Below, piece after piece: positions 38,015 to 49,088 of a stretch of 64,000 nt of DNA. A program made the position numbers and the translations under genes. The stretch lies in the NCBI GenBank assembly GCA_009103225.1, contig RHPI01003244.1:248001-312000 (forward strand). Direction: 5' to 3'. Below the pieces are notes generated by a model, which was not told the origin of the DNA, ran no database searches, and saw only the letters and a list, made by a program, of their open reading frames with translations. The first letter of the stretch is position 1. The number at the start of each line of letters is the position of its first letter. Origin of the DNA: Chlorokybus atmophyticus. Its lineage: Eukaryota; Plantae; Mesostigma and Chlorokybus algae.

Positions 38015-40174
38015 ATGCTGGACGGCATGGGCGGCATTGGGATGTCAGGGTCCTGCTGCTCGCCGTTGCTGGATGTGCCGCAGCCGCTGCTGCTGCGGGT
38101 GCTGTCGTTCCTGCCTCCGATCGACTTGGCGAGGTTTGCGCTGGTGTCCAGGGCGTGCAGGGAGGCGGCGGCGGAGGGGGCACTATGGAGGACGCACATG
38201 CTGGAGAAATGGGGCGCCACTGTCACCCCAGAGCAGCCGTCCCTGTGCAGGGAGGAGTATGTTACCAGGGAGAAAGTCCTTGCCGCCATTGCTGGGATGA
38301 ACGCCCCGTTGCAGGTAGTTGCGCGACTAGGGTTTCCAGCTACCGTGTTGATGTTACGCGTTCACAGAACTTCATGCCGTATGTAATGTGTATGCTAGTC
38401 CCAAGTGTGACGGCCCTGTGTGTCATTTTGTCATCGTTTTAAAATTGTGAACTTCGCTTGACAGCACTGTCATCAGCTGCAGCACGTTGTAGTGTTTTAT
38501 GTCCTGCAGAGTTACACGATGTGCGTGACGTTGAGATTGGATCTAGGATTCGTTTTCACAACCACTGTTGTCCTCAATCTATATCGACGACATTGAATGA
38601 ATGTTGTGAACACATTATACGCCAAAGCATAGTAAGGGTTAATGACATCTTCCTGCGTATGAGGTTGGGCACAGCTTGCCGTTCAGCGCCAACATCTAGC
38701 ATGATCTGCAGATATTTGACCTGCATTGACTTCCCGGCATGCTGTTTTAGAGCATGCGTGCAAGGCGGGGTGTATTGGGTTTAAGGTTTTTGTTCTTTGC
38801 AAAGGTGCAGTTGCTTGAGACAGCTGTACCTGTGTTCCTTTTCTTATGCCTTGATGTGTTGCTGAGCAGGCTCAGCACATTGTGGGATGGAGCAGTGAGT
38901 TTGAAGATATGCAGCGACAAGTGCGCGTGCTGTTGGATTTGGCATCAGCACCGGCACCGGTCGCAGAAGAAGGCTGGAAGCAGTTACTCAGGGCATCAGA
39001 CATACTTGGAGGCTTGCGGATGCTGATGGAGCGGGTTCGCGCAGCTCTTCCAAGGGAGTCGCCGGATGATGAGGACTCTGCCGAGGAAGATGAGGAGCGC
39101 CCTTTGCTGGAGCTCTTCGCGCAGTGTTGTCGCCTGCTGAGCATTCTGCTTCGGTGCATGCCCATGATCCTGAATCGCCTTGAACAGTATGTGCATTGCA
39201 CATCCACAAATCATGGACAACATTAACAAGTCATCACTGTGTCTGACAGTGGCATGCAATGCTGTTTTTGGCAGGCAGCCGGCATTGATAGAAAAGCCTC
39301 AGCTGCAGTCAAGAGAGTTGCCAAGAGACGAGACCATTTTTTCCCTAGACAGCTCGCCCAGCAGCTTTTTCTCCAGCTACAGGCATACCTTTGTGCAGAG
39401 ACCCCGTGCCCTGTACTGGGCGTACATGCTGGACCTCAACCGCTCCCTTGTACCAGATGATGTAGGTTACTTATGTTAGCCTGTCCCCGCCTGCAGTAAC
39501 TTGTGCTGCAGTTGAACACACTGTAACATTCTCTATGCGTTTAGGGCAATTTTGTGGTTGGTCAAACAACACTTGCCATGGCAGCAGCGAATGCCCTCAG
39601 CAGTCTTCACTTGTGGCCTCTCCGTTGCAGCACCGACCCGCAGCTTCCGGCAGCCGAGCGCAGCCCTTGGAACGACCTCCACCACCGGCCCGATTGGCCT
39701 GTAAAAGACGAGGAGACTATGCGCCGCTGGATGGGCCCTGTCAAGCTGCCCGAACACGTTGCGGCCTTGCGGGACGTTGTCGCGCATAGGCTTTCAGGAC
39801 AATGGCAAGGGATGTATTTGTACACCGCGCAGTTCACCCGGCCAAGGCTGGACGCTCCTTACAGGTTGCATCTCACCACGAAGGCCATCCAAGGCATCGA
39901 CAACCAGCTGCTTGTCACGGGGAATGGACAGGACAGCGTGGGTGCCTTTCATGTGAACGGCCTCTTCGACGTGTTGGACCCGGAGGAAGCACGCCGCACC
40001 TGCCAAGTGCTAGCGAGAGGGCTGCTGCGCAAGCGCTACGACACGGAGCTGGAATGGGAGTACAAAGTGTGCCTGGATCAGTTGGGCCTGCACGGCATCT
40101 GGGGCAGGAATCTCAATGAGTTTTGGGGCCTTGAGCTCGGGGGGGCCTTTCAGTTCACACCTGTGACAGAGTAG
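38015..40174 (+). CDS. F-box protein with unrecognised C-terminal beta-rich domain, ~477 aa
   Basis: Exons 38015-38314, 38870-39186, 39275-39461, 39545-40174 join in frame. F-box motif LLDVPQPLLLRVLSFLPPIDLARFALVSRACREAA..LW near the N-terminus. Confidence 0.8.
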
Positions 40175-41454
40175 TAGTAAGCAGTAGTCTGTCGCAGCTA
40201 GGACCTGTACATAGCGTTGCTTCGTGCAGTCTGTGTATACAGGGAATGGCAACAGGGTTGCTATCATTGCGATGCAATTGCTGTTGAAACTTGCACACAG
40301 CAAAGCAACCAGTCAGAGGTGCAGTCAGACGTGCACAGCCTGGTAAACGTTGCATGACAGCACTGGGGTTTGGAACTCGAGCAATGATGGATGCTATGTG
40401 GGGAGGGAAGGGGAGGTGGATGGTCTAAAGTGGCTGTTGTGTAGTAGTATGCAATCTGTTGTCTATTGTTCAAGGGTACCAGGTTGGCGTGTTGCCACAG
40501 CTCTCATGCTGATGTAAGAGCTTTATATGAATCATATGTACTCAGCACTGCCTGGTTACCATAACGCACAAGAATTGCGGTAAAGCAAGCTATAAGCATG
40601 GTCACAATGCACATGCAACCATAGATAGTAACAAGCAAGCAACAAGTAAGCCATGTCAGTGGGGGCCAAGACAGAGTTCAACGCTAGCACCATATGTATC
40701 ACAGATAGTATGCTACATTGGTCGCATGCAAATGTCAAAAACACATGCAAGTTTGGTGTGTTGTGTTGTATTGTGTGCTTGCTGCCTTGACTAATTGGCC
40801 CAATCCATCTGTGTAGTATGCAATGGCACGCCCATACCTCCGGGCCAGTCTTAACTCTTCTTTAACGCACCAACCCCTACCCCGTTAGTGCACACAGCAT
40901 GCATGTTGCAAAGTGGTCACCTGCCCACACGGGCTGTGAAGCAAACATTATTAACTGCAATGTGCATGGGTACGCTGCGTCTGTCGATCGCTAACACCCA
41001 CACCTTGTCGCACGCACACACGGCCACTTCCCCACAGTCGCCCCAGCACATACCTCGCCTTCCACTCTCACATGCGCTCACACACCTCAGCACACCTCAG
41101 CCTGTCGCACATTAGCTTCCTCATCACCTGCACTGCATCCGCTTCTGTGTGTTTAGCTTGGTGACTGCATAAAGGCGAGGCCTGGCCTTGCAATGTCCGC
41201 TGCCAGCAGTCGTTGAAGACCCAGCAGTCTGCCCGTCTCTAACCTGCTTGCACAACCAAGCCACCTGTTGGCGGTGATGGCGCAGGCGAGCCACGAGGAT
41301 GAGGGCTGTTACAGTGATGGCTGTGCGCATGGTGGGTGTGACATAGGGAGATCTGTACAGCGAATGTGTGCCGGCGTGCGTGATGGAGGAGCAATGGGTG
41401 CAACAATGGGTGCGCACTACATGTGCTCAGTTTGCGTACTGATATACCGGGATC

Positions 41455-41880
41455 ACATGCTGTGCGTACAGGATATGCTGCCAGTAGTTGTAGACGTGCA
41501 TGACATCACTCACAGCATGCCAAACAGCATGCAAGCACATTGTACCACAACCACCGAGCTATACACACTGTTTGTTCCAACCTCACTACACTACGTTAGT
41601 CTAGAACTCCCCGTTAGACATGCATACATGCGTATCAGTAGTGCATTACCTGCCCACACGGGCTCTGTTAGTTGGCGTTGACAACGGCAGGTTCAGCAGC
41701 AGCAAGGATGACGACTCCCTCCCGCCTGCTCTCCCTTCCCGCCACCTGCTCAGCTCTGCGCAGCAGCTGCTGCTGCGTCGTCTCTTGTTACCCTAACCCT
41801 CGCAGTGCAGTGCCAACGTCAGCACTGCACCGCGCAGAGCCTCTACGTGGCGGTTAGGCAGGTGGGTGGTGGGGTTGACG
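41455..41880. repeat. Dispersed ~430-bp repeat, copy 1 (direct homology to 48090-48550)
   Basis: Shared blocks AGTTGTAGAC.TGCATGACA, CAGCATGCAAGCACA, CCACCGAGCTA, TATACACACTGT, TCTAGA.CTCCCCGTTAGACATG, ATTACCTGC, TGCC.ACGTCAGCA, GGTGGTGGGGTTG. Confidence 0.75.
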
Positions 41881-42238
41881 TGTGACAGTGAACGACACAG
41901 TAACTAGCATACCATCTCTTGTACACACTTTGATCACCGCAATGAATTTTGAACACAGCGACCAAACCCATCAGCGCAATGGTAGACAAGTTGGGTATGG
42001 CTACCCGCCACGGGGCAGCCACATCAAAAAGGAGCTTGCTAATAGCAGGCATTGTCTACATGTGGGAGTCAACCAGCACAAGCTTGTTTATCAAATACAT
42101 TGGGTGGCTGAAACATACCACGTTATCTACTGACCGCTGTCTCAAGAAGCTACACAGTATGCGTCTGTACACTGTACACAACCCCACAAGTACATGTGGG
42201 GTGCAAAAATCATGCGCAATCACCCACGCATTACAACA

Positions 42239-45200
42239 TTATGACTGCTGCTCCTGCTGCGGTGGTAAATTTGAAGCGCCTTTCAGTGCTGTCTTCTTTG
42301 GCAACAAAAAGGCATGCACATGAGGGATGGACCCGCCAGCGGCCACAATAGCATTCCTGAACAGCTGCGCCAACTCCTCGTCATTACGCACCTGCACACA
42401 ACCACACGTCCTTGAGAATACAACACAGGCATCCTTACAACATCCGTCACTCTTCTTCAACTTTCAGCACAGTCCATAGCACAACAACAAGTGCTCGTTG
42501 CACACCGCGAGTTGGACGTGCCGAGGGGTGATGATCTTCTTCCCAAGCTGCTTTGCGGCGGTGCCGGCCAAATCAAGAACCTCAGCCGCCAAGTACTCGA
42601 GCACGGCCGCCAAGTAGACCGGGGCCGCCGCACCGAGACGCTCCACTTTGGGTATCAAAGGTGGACCACGTCCTGTCTTCATGTACCGCGCAATCCGCCC
42701 CACTATGGAAACGCAGGCCAGTATTGATTTTACACACAACACCGCCCCACATATATGCTATCCCACAGCTCATCAGCTCATCGCACCTGGAAAGATGATA
42801 CCGGCCTTCTGCTGTTTCCGGACAGGCTTGCGTCCCGGGTGTCGCCTCCTGCCTTCAGGGTGCAACTCCATCTTCAGCTCTCTTCGCACAGGCTGCTTCT
42901 GGCCAGGTGCTTCTTTGGTTAGCCGCTGCCGTTTGCTGGGCGGTGACGGCTCGTCCTGCACTTCCGTCTGCAAAACTCATGCAGGTATCAGCCAATCTGT
43001 TGGGTTCACGCTACAAACACCAGACCAGCACGCTTGACGCGTACCTGTTCAGGTGTAACGGGCTCAGTGAGCACTGATGATGACACAGGTTCAGCTTCTT
43101 GCGGCTGTGGTGATGCTGGCTGTTCCGCAGGTCCTGCAGGCGCCATGCGTTCCTCCTCCATGCCTTCCTGAGGTACTGGTTGTTGCTGTTGGGCGGATGC
43201 TTTCGCATCGTCTCGCTGTCGGCGTTGTTGCCGCTCCTCGACTCTTCGCTGCCTTTCAGCAGCTTGCTCCGCCTGTCCCTCCGCTACCTTTATTTCTGCC
43301 TGCCTTTTGCGCTGTTGCTTGTCCTCAGCCTGCTGCTTCCGGCGAGCTTCATCCACTCTCCTGTCATGCTCCAATTCCTCTGCTGCTCTGCGACGCTCCT
43401 CGTCTTCACGGCACTGCTCCTCATCACGTCTTGCTGCTTCCTCCTCCTGTGCTTTGGCTTCCTGTTGACGGCGGCGCTTCTCTTCAGCCCGCTGGCGTTC
43501 CAACTCGTGAGCCACGCGCTTGGCCTCTGCTTCTGCCTCTGCTTTGGCCTTTGCATCAGCCTCCCGCTCCGCCTCCTGTTTGGCTTCGTCCTCAGCCTCA
43601 TCGCGCTTGGCTTCAGCCTCTGTTATGGCCGTTGCCTCGGCTGCCTGCTGTCTGCGCTGCTTCTCTTGCTCTTGTCTTCGCTGCTCCTCATCACGTGTGC
43701 GCTTCATCTCCAGCGCACGGTGTTCTTCCTCCTTGCGTTTGGCTTTGGCCTCTGCATCTGCTTTGGCCTTCACCTCAGCTTCCTGCTGCCTGCGCTGTTG
43801 CTCCTGTTCCTCTCTTTCTTGTCTCTGCTGCTGTTCCTCCTTCTCGTGTTTCTGCTTGATCTCCAGCGCACGGCGTTCTTCCTCCTGTGCCTTGTGCTCG
43901 GCTTCTGCCCCAGCTTCGGCTCGAGCGCGTGCTTCCTGCTGTTGCCTCTGTTGCTGCTCTTCTTTTCTTCTTTTCCGCTGCTGCTCCTCGTCCTCGTCAC
44001 GTTTCCGCTTCACCTCCTGCTTTGCCTTCGCCTCCTCCACCTCCGCTCGAGCCTTGGCCTCAGCTTCCACTCGCTCCTGCTGCTTCTGCTGGTGGCGCTG
44101 CTCTTGTTCTCCATTTTCTCGTAGTTGGCGAACTTCAGCATCTGCTTTGGCCCTTGCTTCCTCTTCTTCGCGCTCGCATTGGACAAGCGCTGCTGCTGTT
44201 TCCTTCGCTTGCTGCCGTTCCACCTCGGCGGCAGCCTCAGCCTCATCCCTGCGCCTTGCATCTTCTGCTTTTGCCTCCCTCTCGCTTGCCTGTTGGACAC
44301 CAGGATGTCAGTGTCAGCCGACAACACAAGGTGTGCATAACCATCAACAGGCAAACGCAGGTGATTAAAGCTTGTAACACATGCCCACCGGCTGCTGCTG
44401 TTCAAGATCCTTGCTTGTTGTTGTTGGCTGCCCCTCTTCAGCAAGTACCGGCTCATGCCAGGGTGGAGCCTGCAGCCCTTGCTGCCTGAGCTGAGCCTGC
44501 AATACACGCGACTGTTCATGCAAATGACTTCACATGGAACCAACTGTACAAATGCGTTGTTGCCACGCAGTAGGTTGAGGAATGCGTTACTGACCTCTTT
44601 TGCCGCGAGCTCCCGCTCTTTCCTCGCAACTTCCGCTTCCCGCTGGCGCACGCGCTCGGCAACAGTCTCCAGGTGCTGCTCCTCTGCCTCCACCGCCTCC
44701 ACCTGCTGCTCCAATGCCTCCTCCTTCTGCTCCAGGGCGTCCTCCTTCTGCTCCAGCGCCTCCGCCTTCTCATCCAGCTCGTGCGCGATGGACTCCAGTT
44801 GCGTTTCCTCCTCCTCCAGCTCCTCCTCTTTCTGCACCAGTTCCTGCACGGCCCGAAGTTGACAGCACCATGCATGCGAGCGTGTGTGCATGCGTGCGCC
44901 TCAAAGTGGCGGCTTGCAGGAATGCAACAAGCAAGAACCAAGTTTGCAAGTAACAGCGTTGAATGCACAGCATGCTCATCAGCCACAGTGGCCAGGACAA
45001 AGATGATGGAGAACATGAAGAACATTGAACACAGGTGTGCAGGGCAGCACGGTACAAGGAAGCATACTTGCACGCAAGTATAATGCACGCGTGGTATGTG
45101 CAAGATACGCGCACACCATTTCAACCACCTGGTTTGCTGCCATGACCATACACAACCTGAATATGCCGGTTGCATGCAACATGCGCACAACGATGCCAAC

Positions 45201-46054
45201 AATGCGGTGCAGGCACACTGTAGTTGGTGTTGTTGTTGTTGTCACCAAGGATTCACAAACCTCTTCTTCGCGCTCAAGCATCTCTTCAGTCTCCTTGAGC
45301 CTGCTCTCCTTCTCCTCAATCTCCCTCTTCATCCTCTCGCGCTCCTCGTTGCAGTGCACCAGTTCCATGTCCTGAGGCTGCTCGTCCTCCTCCTCCTCCT
45401 CCTCCTCCTCCTCCTCCTCCTCCTCCTCTCTATGAGGTGACTGAGACAGTATGTGTACTTGAAAGGGAGGGGCAGCGGGGTTGACATCCTCCGGCTCCTC
45501 TCCCTCTGCGCCAGCTGGCACCTCCGCCCTGCAAGTACATACTTGTCTCTGAGCGTGACAGCTTAGGGTTTGCGCTTGGTGTTTACAATGTGAAGGGGGA
45601 GAGGGGGGCTACCTGACAGCTGTGCGTCTGCGCACGGTGACAACGCGCTTGCGGCGCTCGTCGACAGTGACATGGACATCGTCGACGTCCTGACTGTGGT
45701 GGATGTGGCGGGTGTCCACTGTGCGTGACACCTGCAAGTTGTCGTGCCGCTCTCACATCATCCATGCACAAGTTGATGCAGGTCACTTCAATTGGCAATC
45801 CTGGTTGTGCACCTACCTCCGGGCCCATGTCTCCGAGGTCCTGGCTGCCGCCGACATCACCTAAGTCCTGAGACAGGTTCTCCATGCCGCCGCCGCCGCC
45901 GCCGCCTGCCACCTCTCCCTCAGGCTGACCTTCTGCGTTCTGACCTGACTATGCAACACCATTGTCCTCTCAGCAAGCGTATCCTCGCACAACAATTGAC
46001 ACCATAGCCACACTGGCATGCATGCCTGACCGGCCTGGACAGCGTCTCTCCCAT
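42239..46054 (-). CDS. Giant histone H2A variant: ~750-aa acidic/charged coiled-coil N-terminal extension + C-terminal H2A histone fold, ~880 aa
   Basis: Proposed exons 46054-46031, 45948-45817, 45731-45613, 45528-45261, 44843-44595, 44469-44389 (tentative), 44289-43045, 42967-42787, 42702-42506, 42391-42239 join in frame. C-terminus [80 protein letters not shown] is an unambiguous H2A. The 5' exons are less certain. Confidence 0.8.
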
Positions 46055-46840
46055 GCCACGTCGACCTCGTCCTTCTGCTCCTCGATGTCCTCCTGCCGCT
46101 CCTACGCCACCGCCGCCGCCGACCCGTCGTTTGGGCCGACCACTGCCACGTGGAGCGCCTAAGCAGTGCAGTCCGGACGTGCGTACTGCCCTAGGGATAC
46201 GCGTATCGCATCCCTCGGGGCTGACGGTTTTGCTATCAGCAAAACTGTATCAGCAAAAGGCCTTGGATGATGTATGGGGCCCATAGAGTATGGGGCCCCC
46301 AATGAGGGCCCCACACATAGGGTAAAACAAAGGGGCGATAACTTGTAGTACAAGAATGTAACCAATAGGCAACCAACCATCAAGTCCACATTAGCACGCC
46401 ACAAGCAAGACCACCACAAAGCTAGCTTAAACCATAAAGGTTGGACCTACATGTTACACACATACGGTATACTAATGAGACTTAGCAAGATGCATAGCAA
46501 GCAGCGTTGGGCACCACAACCAAACATGTGTGGGTTTAGGAATCCATCCACGTGTGATGCGTGCACGTGTGCTTGTATTGCATCCGAGCTTCTTATGATT
46601 GCATTCATATCAGTGGAAAGCTCATGAAACACGGGGTGTGACATGTGTGGGGCTACGGCTTGGCCCTCAGGGTATACCTTATAGCGAAAGAGGGCCTTGC
46701 TGGTGGTGTCCAGTGATACCATGTCCGGTGGTACCTTATTTACCATTCCAAATGCCCCTCCTCACCCCCCTTCCCACCGAGAGTCTCGTATGAGTCTCAA
46801 TTGTATTTTGATATACGAGTCAGGGTATGAGTGATAGTGG

Positions 46841-46978
46841 AGGTTAGGTATCAGTGATACCCAACCTATGCCCACAGTACAAGTGCTGTGGGCATAGGTT
46901 AGGGCAATAGTCCTAAAAAACTTTATTAGTACTTTGCCCAGTACTTTACTTCAAGTATGGCCACACTTCAAGTAAAGT
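46841..46978. repeat. Three adjacent hairpins
   Basis: GGTATCA-G-TGATACC with flanking AGGTT/AACCT; perfect 15-bp stem AACCTATGCCCACAG/CTGTGGGCATAGGTT (46863-46900); ACTTTACTTCAAGT/ACTTCAAGTAAAGT (46943-46978, one mismatch). Confidence 0.7.
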
Positions 46979-47519
46979 GCTGTAGGCAGAAGTCTGGGCA
47001 TTTGCCAATGTATAACCTATACGCTATGCGTCGCAGTGTTAATTTTTGCGCATAGCTAGCACATGCATATGCATGTTGAAGGCTTGATAAAGCTTTCGAG
47101 GTTAATGACGTACTTCGTTATGTAACGACTTGATATATTTCAATCATCCACTGAGACTGCGTAGCAACGGTAGGGGACCGGCATCATTAAGATTGTGCAA
47201 TATAGCAATGTTTGCGAGATTATGAAACATCAGATTGTGGTTGTTGTGCTTCTTGTTGTGCTCGTTGATCGATATTATGTTTCTCATTGTGGCCCACCAT
47301 TTATGGTTGTACATGTTGTAAGCACGGGTGTACATGCGCCATACAAGGCGATGTCGCATGTGCAACCGCAAGGTTGTCATCATGCGTCATTGTCACATTT
47401 GTTGTTGCCATTAATATTAAACAGTTAGCAACATCAATCATCATAATAGTCTGCTTGCCGTTATGAATATGCATATCAATAATGGTGAAGGATAGCATGC
47501 TTATGGCAACATTACTAAT

Positions 47520-47560
47520 GTTGAACTACAAGCGAGATAGTATCTCGCTTGTAGTTCAAC
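47520..47560. repeat. Perfect 20-bp inverted repeat with 1-nt spacer
   Basis: GTTGAACTACAAGCGAGATA-G-TATCTCGCTTGTAGTTCAAC. Confidence 0.95.
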
Positions 47561-48089
47561 AGGTGTACTATCGTAGTTAATGCAACATTGCTGACGTGTA
47601 ATGCACGCGGAAACAATTATGCAAACGTGCGTGAAGTCTTGTTGTGTATTTCGCGTGTGCATTATGACAATGCAAGGATCTTAAAGCTCATGAGTGCAAA
47701 GTGTGAATGCGTGTGCAAACACAAGTCTTAGGGCACACGAGCAAGCGCAATGCATTATAATGTTGTATACAACAGCAAGACAGAAATCTGTGGGTTTTTG
47801 CGTGTGTACGCACCAGAATGTACTGATTGAGCTACGATAGAACAGCTACATCTATGATAATGACTTCAAGAGAGTTGAACAACACATGTGGATGTAAAAA
47901 ATCCAATTCATCGGTGTACTGTACATGCCTAATAGGTGTGCACATATGCGAAAACTATGGCATGACACATAGTGTTCACCCACCACCACGACGTCATGCA
48001 ACTACAAATGTGCAGTGGAAGGGGCTAACAGTGGCAGCGTCAGGCACAAGGTATCTTTCGTTAGCACATGTGAATCTGAGTGCTTGTGC

Positions 48090-48550
48090 GTATGTGCACA
48101 GAATACGTGCGCAGAAGTTGTAGACATGCATGACACACACAGCAGCATACGCACCAGCATGCAAGCACAATTGTATACACCACCACCGAGCTACCATACT
48201 GAATGTGAAGAGACGGTATACACACTGTCTGTTCACCCCTATTGTATACTACTCTAGACCTCCCCGTTAGACATGTACACATGCGTGTTAGTGGCCAATT
48301 ACCTGCACAACATGCAACAAGTTAGTCGTGGTTAGCAGCGCTAGCCAGTCGGCAGCATCAACGACAAACGAACTCCCTCTCCCTCCTCCCGCCAGCAGCA
48401 CCCTCGCCCCTCCTCTCCATTTTCTGCTGTCTTTGGCAGTCCTTTGCAACCCTTCACGCCGCACTGCCGACGTCAGCAGTACATGCTTGCAGCGGTTGCG
48501 CGTGGCATGATGGTTCGGTGCAGTAAGTGGGGTTGGGTGGTGGGGTTGGG
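48090..48550. repeat. Dispersed ~430-bp repeat, copy 2
   Basis: Collinear, diverged homology with 41455-41880 (see that feature). Confidence 0.75.
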
Positions 48551-49088
48551 CTTAGCGCGTGCGCAGCAAACTTGAACGCGCGAAGTTGTGTTGAGCTAGA
48601 TGAAGAGCCAGCCCCAAATTCAAGTATTGAAGAGGAACATGCGGATTTTGGAGTCCGCATCTACTCCTCTCCAAATATGCATGACTGGATGCATGTATAT
48701 GGCAGCGGTGCCAACTGACGTATCACTTTGCGGTTTCAATGAGATATAAAAGAAGATTGAGACAGGTAACAACCGTGGGCTTTGGGCAACCATCCTCACG
48801 CTCACGCTAAATGCAACAACACAAGTACACATGACACCACATGCATGCAGCATCTGAAGCATAAAACCTTGTACACAAGCGGTGCTAAACAGTCTCTTGC
48901 TGCCATAACGTAGTTCGTACCAGAACAAACTGCGTCAGGTCCAAGTCTCCACCTCCACAGCTATACGACCTATGTACTGCCACAAACAGCGACAGCGTCA
49001 CCATAGACACCGCCCACATAACACTGATACATTGTGGGGGGGCACTGGATCGAAAGGAGCTTCAACCAACAGACAGAAAAGGAGCTCT

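Noticed and set aside
43180-44368. Long plus-strand Leu/Ser/Ala-rich ORFs (43180-44124, 43520-44368)
   Set aside because: Antisense shadows of the repetitive E/Q/R/K coiled-coil exon on the minus strand.
46110-46160. PRGSGRPKRR (AT-hook-like) and RG-rich peptide in frame upstream of the proposed H2A-variant start
   Set aside because: Not a canonical RGRP core and no supported upstream start exon; may be 5' UTR. Worth rechecking with cDNA.
46447-46746. 99-aa ORF upstream of the H2A variant
   Set aside because: No recognisable domain, no convincing splice links, composition not clearly coding.
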